Made by a program: the position numbers and the translations under genes | Shown here: in pieces, positions 15,883 through 16,363 of the stretch | Layout: the number at the start of each line of letters is the position of its first letter | How positions within the stretch are numbered: position 1 is the stretch's first letter | Notes under the pieces: model-generated | The model's database searches: none | What the model was told of the DNA's origin: nothing | The model's input: the letters and a program-made list of their open reading frames with translations, nothing else | Assembly: GCA_041497675.1 (NCBI GenBank) | Contig: JBGQGY010000088.1 | Coordinates: forward strand, 1 to 16,363 | DNA length: 16,363 bases | Origin: a bacterium | GTDB taxonomy: Bacteria > Sysuimicrobiota > Sysuimicrobiia > Sysuimicrobiales > Humicultoraceae | Direction: 5' to 3'

Positions 15883-16363
15883 ATGCCCGATCCGTGCATT
15901 ATCGCGCTCGGGGGCGGCGGGTTCAGCACGGAACCCACCAACCCCAAGCTCGACGAGTACATCCTCTCGTTGTCCGGGAAGGCCCACCCGAAAGTCTGCT
16001 TCGTGCCGACCGCCAGCGGCGATTCGGACGACTACATCGTGCGCTTCTACGATGCATTCACTGTTGAGCGCTCCCAACCGTCGCACCTTCGATTGTTCAG
16101 CCGAAAAGTCCAGGATTTGCGAGGCTTCCTCCTCAATCAGGACGTGATCTACGTCGGCGGCGGCGCCACGGCCAGTTTGCTCGCCGTGTGGCGCCTGCAT
16201 GGTCTCGACGTCATCCTCCGCCAGGCGTGGGAGCGAGGGATCATACTTTCCGGGATCAGTGCCGGCGCGCTGTGCTGGTTCGAGGCGGGGATCACCGACT
16301 CGTTCGGCAAACCCCTGCAGTCGCTGCACGACGGCCTCAAATTCCTGTCCGGCAGCTTCTGCC
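15883..16363 (+). CDS. Peptidase E (S51 family), 3'-truncated by the window edge
   Basis: Not in the ORF track (no stop in window). GGAGG SD then MPDPCIIALGGGGFS..PKVCFVPTASGD..DVIYVGGG..LSGISAGALCWF..TDSFG, including the nucleophile motif GxSAG. Confidence 0.9.
   Translation, partial: MPDPCIIALGGGGFSTEPTNPKLDEYILSLSGKAHPKVCFVPTASGDSDDYIVRFYDAFTVERSQPSHLRLFSRKVQDLRGFLLNQDVIYVGGGATASLLAVWRLHGLDVILRQAWERGIILSGISAGALCWFEAGITDSFGKPLQSLHDGLKFLSGSFC

Overview
High-GC bacterial chromosomal window, densely coding, with no rRNA, tRNA, CRISPR array or transposase recognisable. Left to right: 3' part of a TorD/DmsD-type molybdoenzyme chaperone (+); DUF1634 and TauE/SafE pair (-); a type II toxin-antitoxin islet (RHH-MazF, a probable decayed RHH remnant, VapB-VapC, each intact pair with a candidate operator); an MFS transporter (-) diverging over only 24 bp from a tightly coupled operon (NylC/DmpA-like P1 Ntn-hydrolase, metal-dependent TIM-barrel enzyme, Dpp/Opp-type binding protein and two permeases, no ATPase) followed directly by a class III cyclase-STAND NTPase-TPR protein; a small ABM-like gene (-); an M20 (ArgE/DapE-like) hydrolase and an SDR (+); a secreted CBM67-like protein (-); and the start of a peptidase E gene (+). 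Most notable: the non-canonical cyclase-STAND-TPR sensor with a guanylate-cyclase-like Glu, the amide/peptide catabolic cluster around it, and a symmetric bidirectional leaderless-type promoter. All family calls come from motif recognition by eye, not database searches.
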